The notes beneath the pieces were generated by a model. It did no database searches. It had not been told where the DNA came from and saw only the letters and a program-made list of their open reading frames with translations. Below are positions 29,992-40,686 of a DNA stretch of 61,517 nt, one piece after another. A program made the position numbers and the translations under genes. How positions within the stretch are numbered: the stretch's first letter is position 1; the number at the start of each line of letters is the position of its first letter. This stretch comes from a virus (taxonomy: Duplodnaviria; Caudoviricetes): positions 1-61,517 of the IMG/VR virus record IMGVR_UViG_3300022752_003832; one strand, given 5' to 3'.

Positions 29992-30729
29992 ATGTCTTCA
30001 AGAAAAAAAATAACAACAGAAGAGCCTATAGTACCCCAAACATTTTCCAAAAAAGATTTCATAAATGCAACAATAAAAAGAAAACAAAAAAGTAAATTTT
30101 TATCTGACGAACAAAAACATTATTATGATATATTAATTTCAAATCAAATTACCATTTGTTCAGGTCCCGCAGGTGTTGGTAAAAGCTATATTTCAATGAA
30201 GGCGGCGGTTGACCTTTTGATGGACCCATCTAATTCATATGAAAAAATAATTATTGTAAGACCTGCAGTTGAGGCTGAAGAAAAATTAGGTTCCTTACCG
30301 GGTAATTTAGAAGAAAAATTAGACCCTTATATTTTTCCATCATATTATCTGTTGAATAAAATAATTGGTAAGGACTCCAGAGAAAAACTAAAAGAGGCTG
30401 AAATAATTGAAGTTTTTGCCTTAGCTTATATGAGAGGTATGAATATTGATAATTCTATTTTAATATTTGAGGAAGCTCAAAACGCAACACCAAATCAAAT
30501 TAAATTACTATTGACAAGAATCGGTTTTAATAGTAAATTTTTCATATCTGGCGACTTGGAACAAACTGACAGATATAAAGATAAAAAACAATCAGGACTA
30601 TACGACGCCCTTCAAAGATTTCAAAATGTAAACGATATTGGAATTTATGATTTTAGAAATGCAAAAAACGTAAGAAACCCATTAATTGGTAAAATTTTAG
30701 AGAAATACGATGAAGAAAATAGGAATTGA
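29992..30729 (+). CDS. phoH: PhoH-family ATPase
   Basis: GPAGVGKS, VRPAVE, LGSLPG, LAYMRG, EEAQN, GDLEQTD, VRNPLI. Confidence 0.92.
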   Translation: MSSRKKITTEEPIVPQTFSKKDFINATIKRKQKSKFLSDEQKHYYDILISNQITICSGPAGVGKSYISMKAAVDLLMDPSNSYEKIIIVRPAVEAEEKLGSLPGNLEEKLDPYIFPSYYLLNKIIGKDSREKLKEAEIIEVFALAYMRGMNIDNSILIFEEAQNATPNQIKLLLTRIGFNSKFFISGDLEQTDRYKDKKQSGLYDALQRFQNVNDIGIYDFRNAKNVRNPLIGKILEKYDEENRN

Positions 30730-31357
30730 GGTTAACGGTGTACTAAGAAATACCTTGGGTAAAATTCAACAAACATATGAAAAGTTTTTAATTGAAAACA
30801 ATTCAACAGAAAAAACTTATATTTTAAATGAGTTAGGTAATACTGAATCAATTATTCAAGAAGAAGAATTTGGATACGAAATATTAAGTAATGTCGACAG
30901 TCTTAATTTATTAAACCATTTTAAGTTTAAATCTGATGATGAACTTTATGATTTTTTATATCAAGAATTTGCAATGCAAATATTTGGTCATGCCGAATCT
31001 GCAGAAATGCACACATTTCATACTTTAAATGACATTTATTTGAAATATCGAAATACAAATGATATTGTAATTATATCTGATGAAATTGGTAAATCTAAAC
31101 CTGCAACATTATTTTTTCTATCAAAGTTTGGTTGTCAAATCGAAAAAATTAAATTTTATTCAGACACCACTAAAAACTCAATTTGGGATGAAATTGATGT
31201 TTTAGTTAGCGCAAATCCAAGTTTAATTGAAGACCATCCAGAAAACAAAGTTGTTATAAAGTTTAATACTCAATACAACAAAAAAAATAAATCTGAACAC
31301 GAAATCAGTTCACTTAAAGAATTAGATGAATGTTTACAAAAATTAGAAATATGTTAG
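30710..31357 (+). CDS. HAD-fold 5'-nucleotidase-like protein (degenerate motif I)
   Basis: IGIEVNGVLR in place of DxDGV; C-terminal FNTQYN like NT5C family. Confidence 0.55.
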   Translation: MKKIGIEVNGVLRNTLGKIQQTYEKFLIENNSTEKTYILNELGNTESIIQEEEFGYEILSNVDSLNLLNHFKFKSDDELYDFLYQEFAMQIFGHAESAEMHTFHTLNDIYLKYRNTNDIVIISDEIGKSKPATLFFLSKFGCQIEKIKFYSDTTKNSIWDEIDVLVSANPSLIEDHPENKVVIKFNTQYNKKNKSEHEISSLKELDECLQKLEIC

Positions 31358-31635
31358 AATTTTTAGGTGAAAGATATTATATCGACGTACAGGAAATAGA
31401 AAATAAAATTGCAATGTCTGTTCCCGCTTTGGAATCAACTGAAGGTGATGGTCAAGTTGAACCACACATAAGCGTTTCAAAATGGGAAGTATATAAAAAT
31501 TTAGTAGATGTTATATTATCCGAAAGAGAAGAGCTTGATGAAAATTTAGGTATACATGGTGCCAAAAATTTATCAATTCCTTTTAAATTCGCATTTAACA
31601 CATTATTAATAAACAACATAATAAAAAAGTTATAG
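31351..31635 (+). CDS. Hypothetical protein
   Basis: ORF 31330-31635; ATG 31351 overlapping the upstream gene end is the likelier start. Confidence 0.6.
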   Translation: MLEFLGERYYIDVQEIENKIAMSVPALESTEGDGQVEPHISVSKWEVYKNLVDVILSEREELDENLGIHGAKNLSIPFKFAFNTLLINNIIKKL

Positions 31636-31639
31636 TAAA

Positions 31640-32704
31640 ATGGAATTAGACAAAATTAAAAAAATTGAAACATCAGTTGAAAGACTTGAAAATAAAACTG
31701 CAAGAATTTATTTTTTGGTTCAAGACACTAAAGGAAACCCCAAGGCAGGTGTTTCTTACATTTATCAAATGGCCATGTCCTTGATAAACAAAGGGTTTAA
31801 CGTAAAAATGATTCACGAAACAACAGATTACCAAGGAGTTAGTGATTGGTTAGGTAAAGAATATATGGAAATTGAGCATATTGCCATTGAAGGTCAAAAT
31901 CTTCCTATTTCACCTGAAGATTTTGTTGTTATTCCTGAATTGTATGCTCACGTTATGGAGCAACTTAAAAATTATCCATGTGGTAAATTAGTTTTGTGTC
32001 AAGCATATGATTATATGTTAGAAACTTTGCCTCCAGGTATTTCATGGGCTAATTATGGATTTTTAAAGAGTATTAGTACTTCTGAATTTCAAAAAGAATA
32101 TATCAAATCAGTTTTTAAAAATGTAAGTGTTGACGTTGTTGAACCTTTGATTTCTGAAGTGTTCAGAAAAAAAGACAAACCATCAAAACCAATTGTTTCT
32201 ATTCACTGTAGAGAACCAAGAGACACCGCAAAAATTATCAAAAGTTTTTATTTAAAATATCCGCAATATCGTTGGTTTACTTTTAGAGACATGAAAAATA
32301 TTAGTCAAACAGATTTTGCGAAATTTTTAAAAGAATCTTTTGTTTCTGTTTGGGTCGATAGAGAATCAGGATTTGGAACATTCCCAATTGAAAGTATGAT
32401 TTCAAATACCCCAGTAATTGGTATAGTGCCTAATTTAAAACCAGATTGGATGAATGAAAATAACGGTATTTGGACATACTCTTTTAATGAAATTATCGAT
32501 ATTTTAGCAAATTTTGCACAAAATTGGTTAGAAGATAACATAAACGAAGATTTGTATGTTAAAATGTCTGAAACAGGTGAAAAATATCAAAATAAAGAAT
32601 TATTTGACAATAAAGTTGAATCATTGTTTGTTGACTATTTTGAAGTTAGGAAAGAAATGTTTAATCAACAATTAGAAAAATTAAAAATAACTGAAGAAAA
32701 ATAA
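31640..32704 (+). CDS. GT-B glycosyltransferase-like protein
   Basis: AGVSYIYQMA, VIPE, ESGFGTFPIESMISNTPVIG. Confidence 0.75.
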   Translation: MELDKIKKIETSVERLENKTARIYFLVQDTKGNPKAGVSYIYQMAMSLINKGFNVKMIHETTDYQGVSDWLGKEYMEIEHIAIEGQNLPISPEDFVVIPELYAHVMEQLKNYPCGKLVLCQAYDYMLETLPPGISWANYGFLKSISTSEFQKEYIKSVFKNVSVDVVEPLISEVFRKKDKPSKPIVSIHCREPRDTAKIIKSFYLKYPQYRWFTFRDMKNISQTDFAKFLKESFVSVWVDRESGFGTFPIESMISNTPVIGIVPNLKPDWMNENNGIWTYSFNEIIDILANFAQNWLEDNINEDLYVKMSETGEKYQNKELFDNKVESLFVDYFEVRKEMFNQQLEKLKITEEK

Positions 32705-32708
32705 TATT

Positions 32709-33521
32709 ATGGAAAACTTAGAAAAATTAGATGTATCGGTAATTCTACCAATTAATTCAGCAAATAATATCATGTTTGAAGATTTATTCAACAGAGCAAT
32801 TACATCCATTCAAACACAAACTAAACCTATCAATGAACTAGTAATTGTTCATTCAGGTGAAGAGTTATTAAAAAATAAATTAGATAATTATGACTTTAGT
32901 GGTCTAACAGTTACTATGGTCGAAAATGAAAATGACTTTGATTTTTGCACTCAATTAAATATTGGTGTAAAACATGCTAAAAGTACTTGGATTTCTATTT
33001 TAGAATTTGATGATGAATATTCTACAATTTGGTTTAAAAATTTTGACAGATACAGTAAAGCTTATTCTGAAGTGGACGCGTTTTTGCCAATTGTTGTTGA
33101 TACGGATGAAAAAGGAGTTTTTGTTGGGTTTACTAATGAAGCAACATTTGCAGTAAGTATGAATTCAGAAATTGGCTACTTAAATAATGACACTCTTTTG
33201 AATTATCAAAATTTTCAATCAAGTGGAATTGTTATTAAAAAATCAGTTTATGAAGAAAACGGAGGGTTTAAACCAAGTATGAAATTAACATTTGTTTATG
33301 AGTTTTTACTAAGATTAACTTACAATTCTGTTAAAATAATGACAATTCCAAGAATTGGATACAAACATATGAATTTAAGACCAGGTTCTATATTTTGGAA
33401 TTATAAAAATAATGAAAGTAAAATTACAGATGATGAAGTTTTGTTTTGGATTGAATCTGCAAAAAAAGAACATTTTTTTACAACAGATAGGAACATAAAA
33501 TATGAACCACAAAATGTATAA
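32709..33521 (+). CDS. Glycosyltransferase family 2-like
   Basis: VSVILPI, LNIGV, ILEFDDEY, GGFKP. Confidence 0.78.
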   Translation: MENLEKLDVSVILPINSANNIMFEDLFNRAITSIQTQTKPINELVIVHSGEELLKNKLDNYDFSGLTVTMVENENDFDFCTQLNIGVKHAKSTWISILEFDDEYSTIWFKNFDRYSKAYSEVDAFLPIVVDTDEKGVFVGFTNEATFAVSMNSEIGYLNNDTLLNYQNFQSSGIVIKKSVYEENGGFKPSMKLTFVYEFLLRLTYNSVKIMTIPRIGYKHMNLRPGSIFWNYKNNESKITDDEVLFWIESAKKEHFFTTDRNIKYEPQNV

Positions 33522-34264
33522 TGTTTTTAGAGGACTCAAACCCTGAAAATTTAGACAAAAATAAAAAGACAGAAAAAAAAAGTAAAAATTATTTTGATGT
33601 AAAAGAGGAAGAGGCGGTGAAAGATTATATAGCCGCCAAAACTCAAATAGAAAAAGAAGAAATTTATAATAAATTTCTTAAAGAACCGTTAGATAAAATG
33701 ATTGAATCAATCATAAGACGATACAAACTATATAGAAAAGATATGGAATATCAAGATTTACATACTGATACACATTCTTTTTTAATGACAAAGGTTGATA
33801 AATTTAAACCAGCCAAAAACAAAAAAGCTTATTCTTACTTTGGTACTATTTGTAAAAACTATCTAATGGGTCAAATACAAAAAGACCAAAAAGAAACAAA
33901 TAGAAAAGTGTCCTATGAAGATATTTCACAAGTGTTGGAAAATAGACCTGACATGATTTATTATTTAGAGTTTGAAAAAATTGACGCAGAAAAAATAATA
34001 GATATATTTTTAAAAGATTTAAAGGAACACGTCAACACAACATCTATGTCGGACGGGGAGTCTAAACTTGGAATTGCTCTAATTGAATTATTTGATAATT
34101 ATGGAAACATTTTTATTGGAAATGATAACAACAAATTTAATAAAAATATAGTTTTACTTTCACTTAGAGAAATGACAAATTTATCCACAAAAGAAATAAG
34201 AACCTATTTAAAAAAATATAAAATTATTTATTTGAATACTATTAAAAGAATACATAATAACTAA
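33521..34264 (+). CDS. Phage sigma factor (T4 gp55-like late sigma)
   Basis: KNYF N-terminus and sigma region 2-like DKFKPAKNKKAYSYFGTICKNYL. Confidence 0.7.
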   Translation: MFLEDSNPENLDKNKKTEKKSKNYFDVKEEEAVKDYIAAKTQIEKEEIYNKFLKEPLDKMIESIIRRYKLYRKDMEYQDLHTDTHSFLMTKVDKFKPAKNKKAYSYFGTICKNYLMGQIQKDQKETNRKVSYEDISQVLENRPDMIYYLEFEKIDAEKIIDIFLKDLKEHVNTTSMSDGESKLGIALIELFDNYGNIFIGNDNNKFNKNIVLLSLREMTNLSTKEIRTYLKKYKIIYLNTIKRIHNN

Positions 34265-34284
34265 AATTTATCTATTTATTAATT

Positions 34285-34653
34285 ATGGATAGAAAAAGAA
34301 AAAAAGAAATTGCGTTAAACAAAGATTCGGTATTAGGATTAATGCAAGAAATATATAACGAATTAGTTGAACAAAGGTCAACAGCAATTAGAATTCAAAA
34401 TAAAATGTTAGCTCTTTTAAAAGATGCTGAAGATATGACAGTTATCGGGCCGGTTATAAAAGAACAACAAAAAATTATCAACGACACTATTGAAAAAAAG
34501 TTAAGTTTATCTAAACTTCAATCTACAATTTGGGAAAAATCTAACAGCTCTAAAGAAGAAAACTTTTCTTTGTCGGACATGGATGAAAGTTTACTGCAAA
34601 ATTTAATTCAAAAAGATATTAATCAAAATAAAGACTCAAATTTTACACTATAA
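34285..34653 (+). CDS. Hypothetical coiled-coil protein
   Basis: 122 aa, TATTTAT motif upstream. Confidence 0.65.
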   Translation: MDRKRKKEIALNKDSVLGLMQEIYNELVEQRSTAIRIQNKMLALLKDAEDMTVIGPVIKEQQKIINDTIEKKLSLSKLQSTIWEKSNSSKEENFSLSDMDESLLQNLIQKDINQNKDSNFTL

Positions 34654-34654
34654 A

Positions 34655-36643
34655 ATGGCAAATTTAGATACAAACGAAGGTTATTCAAAAGCTAAAAGTA
34701 AAATTAGCGCATATCAGACTGTAAAACAAAGTAAAGAAGACGAAATAAAACAAAAAAAAGAAAAAACAAAGGCTAGTCTGGATAAGAAAAAAAGCGATGT
34801 TCAAAAAACAATCAATGACTTAAAAAAAGGAAAAAAAGACAAAATAAATGAAATAAAAAATGAAGTAAAAAGTCAACTTGAGCAATTACTTGATTTATTT
34901 AAAGCTACTTTACCAAGCGGAGGTGGTTCATCTTTAAAACTTTTAACTAAAGTTTTTTTACAGGCTGCAGTTAATTCTAAACCATTAATACAAGATGCTT
35001 TAGTTAGTGAAATAGTTTCAACAATTGGTTGTTCAGAAGAACAATCTTACGGTGGAGTTACCAACCAACCAATTTATATTAAAGTTAGTCAAGTTGATTT
35101 GTTTAAGTTATTGAAGAATTCGCCAACAGACGAAGATTTCAAATTTAAATATGAAAAAAATACAACAAGTAATGGTAATATACCTTACTCTATGAATCAA
35201 CAATTATATAAAAGATTACAAAACCCATCGCAATCGTTTTCACAAGATAATTCAGGAGGAAATGGTCAAACGTATTTAGGGGCTTCACAATCACAAATTT
35301 TTAATATACAATATGTACAAAATTATTTAGGCCCGAACAACTTACAAGTTACTGGTGATTTTTTTAAAGTGACATTAAATACTCAATTAAATAATAGAAC
35401 ATCAGTAAGTGATTTTTTACATGATTATTATACAAGTGTTGACATTTTATCTTTTGACGTTTTAGCTGTTAATTTAAAAAATTTATTAACGGGTTCTTTT
35501 GATTTTTCAGCCGGTTTATCAACTGAGCAATTAACGGAACAAAGTAAATTTATGATGATTTTAAAAAGAATCATGGGGATATGTGAGGACCCGAGTAAAA
35601 AAATTGATGTTGCCGGCACATCAAAACTTAGTGACCTTGATGAAATTGACGATTCATTTTTTGATGTTACAAACCAAGAATTGTTAATGATTGAACGTGA
35701 AGTTAATAACACAGTCAATGGTGTAGTAGAATATGAAGGATGTGACGGAATTAAACTACCTGTAAACGTTTTAGCGGATAGAAAATCTTTAGAAGAAATA
35801 ATCAACGAAAATTCTTCTAATTCGAAAATTGAAAAGTTTGAAAAGTCTTTAGATGCTATGGCCAACGACCCAAAGTGGAAATCATTAATACCAGGATTAA
35901 ATTTAGATTTAAATATTTTAGCATCACTTCAAAGTAATATCATATTAGGATTACCAAGAATGATATTTCAAACAATTCTATCACCTAAAGTTATGTTAGG
36001 ATTTTTAATAATGATAAAGGCAATTAAAAACGAAATATCACAAAAACTAGATGACTTATTTGATGATTTAACAAAATTTATGAAAACATTCAAAAAGTTT
36101 GTTCTGAATTTTATGAAAAAAATTACATCTATTTTTGTTGAGCAACTTTTTAACATTTTAAAAAAACAAATTAAAGTTTTAGTCGAAACAATTTTATTAG
36201 AAATTGTTAAGGAAGCGAAAAATAAACAAATTAGTATGTATGCATCAATAGTGTATATTTTATTAGAAGTTGGCCAGGCCGTTGTAGATTTTAGAAATTG
36301 TAAAAGTGTAATTGATGAAATTTTAAAACTTTTAAATTTAGGTCTTTCCCAATTAAATTTAGGGCTACCTCAATTTATTCTAGCAGGGGCTTCATTATTA
36401 GGAGGTGTGTCTGACACTAGAGCGTTTTCAAACATTTTAGAAAATTTACAAAAACAAGGTTTACCTACAGGAGGAGCTCCTGATGGAGGACCTAATTTTA
36501 TGAATATGTCCATGATGTCAATGGTCAAAGGTATGAATCAAGAACAAGCCGACAATGGAAAAACAGAAGTATTTATTCCACCATTAGTAATGACACCTGC
36601 GTTTGTAACATTACCATCTAAAGGAGTTGGAAAATCATGGTAG
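34655..36643 (+). CDS. Large hypothetical protein (probable baseplate/tail component)
   Basis: 662 aa; adjacent to gp5-like spike gene. Confidence 0.6.
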   Translation: MANLDTNEGYSKAKSKISAYQTVKQSKEDEIKQKKEKTKASLDKKKSDVQKTINDLKKGKKDKINEIKNEVKSQLEQLLDLFKATLPSGGGSSLKLLTKVFLQAAVNSKPLIQDALVSEIVSTIGCSEEQSYGGVTNQPIYIKVSQVDLFKLLKNSPTDEDFKFKYEKNTTSNGNIPYSMNQQLYKRLQNPSQSFSQDNSGGNGQTYLGASQSQIFNIQYVQNYLGPNNLQVTGDFFKVTLNTQLNNRTSVSDFLHDYYTSVDILSFDVLAVNLKNLLTGSFDFSAGLSTEQLTEQSKFMMILKRIMGICEDPSKKIDVAGTSKLSDLDEIDDSFFDVTNQELLMIEREVNNTVNGVVEYEGCDGIKLPVNVLADRKSLEEIINENSSNSKIEKFEKSLDAMANDPKWKSLIPGLNLDLNILASLQSNIILGLPRMIFQTILSPKVMLGFLIMIKAIKNEISQKLDDLFDDLTKFMKTFKKFVLNFMKKITSIFVEQLFNILKKQIKVLVETILLEIVKEAKNKQISMYASIVYILLEVGQAVVDFRNCKSVIDEILKLLNLGLSQLNLGLPQFILAGASLLGGVSDTRAFSNILENLQKQGLPTGGAPDGGPNFMNMSMMSMVKGMNQEQADNGKTEVFIPPLVMTPAFVTLPSKGVGKSW

Positions 36644-36849
36644 AAATGTCAACAGATAAAGTTTTGGAAATTTTATCAGAATATAAAAAAAGACCTAACA
36701 AGGACCTTATTGCTGTTATGAATTTTTTATATGATGATTTTGAAAAAACAAAAGATTTAATACTTAAGTTGACCCATCATTTGGACACCACTGAAAACAG
36801 TTATAATAAAATTCTTGAAGAAATAAACAAAAGAACAAATAATATATAA
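36637..36849 (+). CDS. Hypothetical protein
   Basis: 70 aa coupled to flanking genes. Confidence 0.55.
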   Translation: MVEMSTDKVLEILSEYKKRPNKDLIAVMNFLYDDFEKTKDLILKLTHHLDTTENSYNKILEEINKRTNNI

Positions 36850-38438
36850 TGTCTGAAAACGACCAAGTTCAGGATAATCAAATAATATTTTTTGGAGTCT
36901 GTGTGGACAACCAAGACCCATTGATGCTTGGTAGAATACGATGTAAACCAATCCAAGAAAATATTCAAGCAATGGAAGGGGCAAAACAAGGTTTTAATGA
37001 AAATAGTAAAAGCACTTTAAATGGGCCTTGGGGTGAAAAAGACCCTTTTATATTTTTACCCTTTTTACCTTATTTTGTTAACCAAGTTCCAAAAGTAGAT
37101 GAAACAGTTATGATTATTTACTTTAACAACAAATTAACAAAAGGTAGAAATAGATTTTATTTGGTTGGTCCATACTCATCACCAACTACAGTTTTTAAAG
37201 AAGATTATAGGTCTTCAAGAACACATACTGACATGGGCAATTCTAACTCAAGGGCAAGTTTACCAAACATTAAAGACCCTTACTCCAAAGCATACCCAAA
37301 CAATAATAATGCGGGAGTATTTCCTGAACCTGAAGATATATCAATTAAAGGTAGAGGAACTTCTGATATGATAATAAAAAATAATGATTTATTATTAAGA
37401 GCAGGAAAACATAAGCAATTCAAAACAGGTGAAATACCAGATTATGATGATAATAGAGCTTTTATTCAATTATCAAAATTTACAAACAAATTAAAATATG
37501 GTGAACCTAAATCTTATTTTAGGCTAGAAAGAAATGAACAACAGATAAAATATCTTTTAGAGTATGATGTATACAACCCCGAAAGCGCTCCACAAGTTTT
37601 TCAAGGAGATGTAACAATTTATCAATTACCAGATAAAGAATCAAAAGCAACAAAAACAAACCAATTTGAGTGGGATACTGAAATAACTGGAACAACTTTA
37701 TCTAAAGTTAGAATTATTAAAATTGATTCACCATTGGGTATTGACGATTTTGCAAAATTTATTTCAGACCAAATAGTCACACTAAAAGATAATCCAAGTA
37801 TTTTAATATCAAACATACCAACTAACGCAAATGTAGGGTCAAATAATAATTCTAGTAACGAAATACAATTCCCTTTTTATTATAGACCTTCAAAAAGAAT
37901 TAGAAATATTATAAAATCACTTCCAAACCAAAATAACATAACTGATTTTACAAATATGAATCAGTTATTATCAAAAGTTTTGATAACTACAACAGATATT
38001 AGTCCAGGATATGGTTTGGTATTAGATAGAAAAGTTAGTCCTGAATTACCATTTTTACCAAAAAGAGAAGTTTTTACACCTATTGAAACCGAAAAAATAG
38101 ATAATACAGTGGGATTAATTGGGGCGTCTCAATTATATTTACTGTCACATAATTCAGAAAATTCACAGGGTAAAATTACTTTATCTGGTTCTGTTGGAGG
38201 TATAAGTCCCGAACAAGTTTTTGATGAAATAGAGCCCAAAACTTCGTCAATGGTAAGAGGAGAAGAATTGTTGGAGCTATTGGAATCTATTGTTGGCTTT
38301 TTGGTTAGTCACGTACACCCCTATCCATTATTACCACCCTCTGGCGTTTCGTATGATGGTACAAGTATAGATGAATTGACCAAAAAAATGTTAGAAGCAT
38401 ATCAAAAAGTTTTAAATAGTAATATTCGAATTAACTAA
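36849..38438 (+). CDS. Baseplate central spike (gp5/VgrG-like OB fold)
   Basis: GVCVDNQDPLMLGRIRC (gp5 N-terminal OB motif), QVPKVDETV, C-terminal HVH metal-tip motif. Confidence 0.75.
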   Translation: MSENDQVQDNQIIFFGVCVDNQDPLMLGRIRCKPIQENIQAMEGAKQGFNENSKSTLNGPWGEKDPFIFLPFLPYFVNQVPKVDETVMIIYFNNKLTKGRNRFYLVGPYSSPTTVFKEDYRSSRTHTDMGNSNSRASLPNIKDPYSKAYPNNNNAGVFPEPEDISIKGRGTSDMIIKNNDLLLRAGKHKQFKTGEIPDYDDNRAFIQLSKFTNKLKYGEPKSYFRLERNEQQIKYLLEYDVYNPESAPQVFQGDVTIYQLPDKESKATKTNQFEWDTEITGTTLSKVRIIKIDSPLGIDDFAKFISDQIVTLKDNPSILISNIPTNANVGSNNNSSNEIQFPFYYRPSKRIRNIIKSLPNQNNITDFTNMNQLLSKVLITTTDISPGYGLVLDRKVSPELPFLPKREVFTPIETEKIDNTVGLIGASQLYLLSHNSENSQGKITLSGSVGGISPEQVFDEIEPKTSSMVRGEELLELLESIVGFLVSHVHPYPLLPPSGVSYDGTSIDELTKKMLEAYQKVLNSNIRIN

Positions 38439-38461
38439 CTATTTATATATAAAATAGTTTA

Positions 38462-39943
38462 ATGTCAATTTACAGGTCATATTTCGATAAAAGTAATACT
38501 CTAATACAAAATAGTTACACTAACACAGGTAGAAATCCTATTATTGAGCTGTTCTATGGTCGTGTTGATAATTTTAATGCCCCAATAGGGTTTAGTCGAT
38601 ATATTTTTAATTTAGATTTAACAGATTTACAGTCAAGAATTTCAGATAAAATTATAAGTTCAGGTTGTGGTACAAACTTTACACATACTTTGAAAATGAC
38701 AAATACTTCATATTTTGATGAAAATCTTTTAAATTCAACAACATCACAAGGAAGAAGAAGGGCAACGTCTTTTGACTTAGTTTTATTTAGAATACCAAAA
38801 ACTTTAGGAAACTCAGGTGTCCCTCAAAACTGGGACAGTGGTGTCGGATATGATTACTATGATTATCAAGTAACAACATTAAATGATAGGTCATATTCTC
38901 AAAGAGCCTCCAATTGGTTTGAAACAACAACAGTAAGCGGTTGGAGCATTAGTGGTATATACGATAATACCAACTCACAAATTGGTTCATTATCGGGATT
39001 AAATTATTCGGCATTAACAATTGTAGCAACACAACATTTTGAATTTGGTAATGAAGATATTGAATTTAACATGACAAATGAAATAAATAACATTTTAAAT
39101 GGGACATTAACCGGTGTAACAGGATGGGGGATTGCTTTTTATCCTGATGTTGAAAATATTAGCGGTTTAACTGAAAATTATTCAGTAGGGTTTTTTTCTC
39201 CTCACACTCAAACTTTTTATGAACCATTTTTAGAAACCAATTACAATGATTTGATAGTTGATGATAGAAACAAATTTTATTCAGGTAATAATAATGAATT
39301 GTATTTGTATGTCTATGAAAATGGAAATGCGGTTAATTTAGACAATCTACCAACTGTTGATATATTTAATTTAAATGGTGTTGCGGTATCAGGATTTACG
39401 GGATTATCAACTTGTCAAGTGACAAAAGGAGTCTACAAATGTTCAGTAAACAATCTAACAGCATCAACGACACCTTGTTTATATTATGACGTTTGGAAAG
39501 GATTGTCAGTAAGTTCTACGTCAATTTCTAACGTGACTTTAGAATTTGCATTATTGGCTAAAAACGGAAACTTCCAAATAGGTTCAGTTACTCAACAACC
39601 AAAAATTTATGGTTTTGAATTTAATGGGATTAGACAAAACGAAAAAGTTTTAAATACTGACATAAGAAAAGTTAACGTAATTATAAAACAAGCATACTCT
39701 ACAAATACACCACTAACTACAGTAGAAGCATATTATAGAATTTATGTAAGAGAAGGTGCGAGTACTGAGGTTCAAGTACAAAATTGGACAAGAGTTAATG
39801 AAGTTCCTGATGGGTTTTATTTTATTTTTGACACTACAGATAAAATACCAAATGAATATTTTGTTGATATTAAAGTTGTAAGTGATAGAAATGTAGATAC
39901 TTATAAAAGAGAATTACAGTTTCAAATTGTAAATAAAAAATAA
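38462..39943 (+). CDS. Putative virion structural protein
   Basis: 493 aa beta-rich, Thr/Asn-rich; TATTTAT motif upstream. Confidence 0.6.
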   Translation: MSIYRSYFDKSNTLIQNSYTNTGRNPIIELFYGRVDNFNAPIGFSRYIFNLDLTDLQSRISDKIISSGCGTNFTHTLKMTNTSYFDENLLNSTTSQGRRRATSFDLVLFRIPKTLGNSGVPQNWDSGVGYDYYDYQVTTLNDRSYSQRASNWFETTTVSGWSISGIYDNTNSQIGSLSGLNYSALTIVATQHFEFGNEDIEFNMTNEINNILNGTLTGVTGWGIAFYPDVENISGLTENYSVGFFSPHTQTFYEPFLETNYNDLIVDDRNKFYSGNNNELYLYVYENGNAVNLDNLPTVDIFNLNGVAVSGFTGLSTCQVTKGVYKCSVNNLTASTTPCLYYDVWKGLSVSSTSISNVTLEFALLAKNGNFQIGSVTQQPKIYGFEFNGIRQNEKVLNTDIRKVNVIIKQAYSTNTPLTTVEAYYRIYVREGASTEVQVQNWTRVNEVPDGFYFIFDTTDKIPNEYFVDIKVVSDRNVDTYKRELQFQIVNKK

Positions 39944-39963
39944 ACGTATATTTATAAAATAAA

Positions 39964-40146
39964 ATGGCAACTACAAGCGCAAATACCGAAGTCACAATAT
40001 GTGAAAATATATGCACAACAGGAGGAACTGGAAGTTCTGTTGTTGTTGTAAAACCACCACATCCTAATTATGGTGATTTTACAGGTGGAACTATTGTTCA
40101 GTTGAATATGGTAACTATTGGCGGTTTTAACGGATTAAATTCTTAA
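39964..40146 (+). CDS. Small hypothetical protein
   Basis: 60 aa with its own TATTTAT motif. Confidence 0.55.
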   Translation: MATTSANTEVTICENICTTGGTGSSVVVVKPPHPNYGDFTGGTIVQLNMVTIGGFNGLNS

Positions 40147-40150
40147 AAAA

Positions 40151-40639
40151 ATGAAAAATTTAAATTATATTATTAAAAAAGTTATCAAAGAAACTTTCGA
40201 AGATAAACCATCATCTCAAGAGATGGGGTCTTCAAGATATATGTTCTTTTCTAATTTAGAACAAATGAAAAGACAATGTGATATGTTGTTAAAAATAGAC
40301 CATTCTATGATTGAACAAATTTTAGAAAATGGTCACGATTGGGCTCAAGACCATATTGCCGAAGCAAAAAACAACATGGACCAAGTATTTGACTTTTTAA
40401 TGAATGAAACTAAAAAAGACAATATGAACACGTCTATGAATTTTGACAACGAAGATATGATGATGTCAGAGAGTGAAATAACTGAAAAACAAAAAAAAAA
40501 TAAACCAACAAATCCTGCTTTATGGAAACAATGTTTAGCGTGGGCAAGACAAAGATATGATGTTTGTCCAAGCGCTTATTGTAATGGAGCGGCAGCAAAA
40601 AGATACAAATCAAAAGGGGGTAAATGGAGAAAAGGATAA
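40151..40639 (+). CDS. Modular hypothetical protein with C-terminal DUF5872-like basic module
   Basis: KPTNPALW...YDVCPSAYCNGAAAKRYKSKGGKW; N-terminal IIKKVIKE. Confidence 0.6.
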   Translation: MKNLNYIIKKVIKETFEDKPSSQEMGSSRYMFFSNLEQMKRQCDMLLKIDHSMIEQILENGHDWAQDHIAEAKNNMDQVFDFLMNETKKDNMNTSMNFDNEDMMMSESEITEKQKKNKPTNPALWKQCLAWARQRYDVCPSAYCNGAAAKRYKSKGGKWRKG

Positions 40640-40654
40640 ATAGTCCTTTTTTTT
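40630..40654 (+). terminator. Intrinsic terminator
   Basis: AAAGGA-TAAATAG-TCCTTT followed by T tract, overlapping the stop codon. Confidence 0.55.
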
Positions 40655-40686
40655 AAATTCAATTGTATACCCATATATTTATATAT

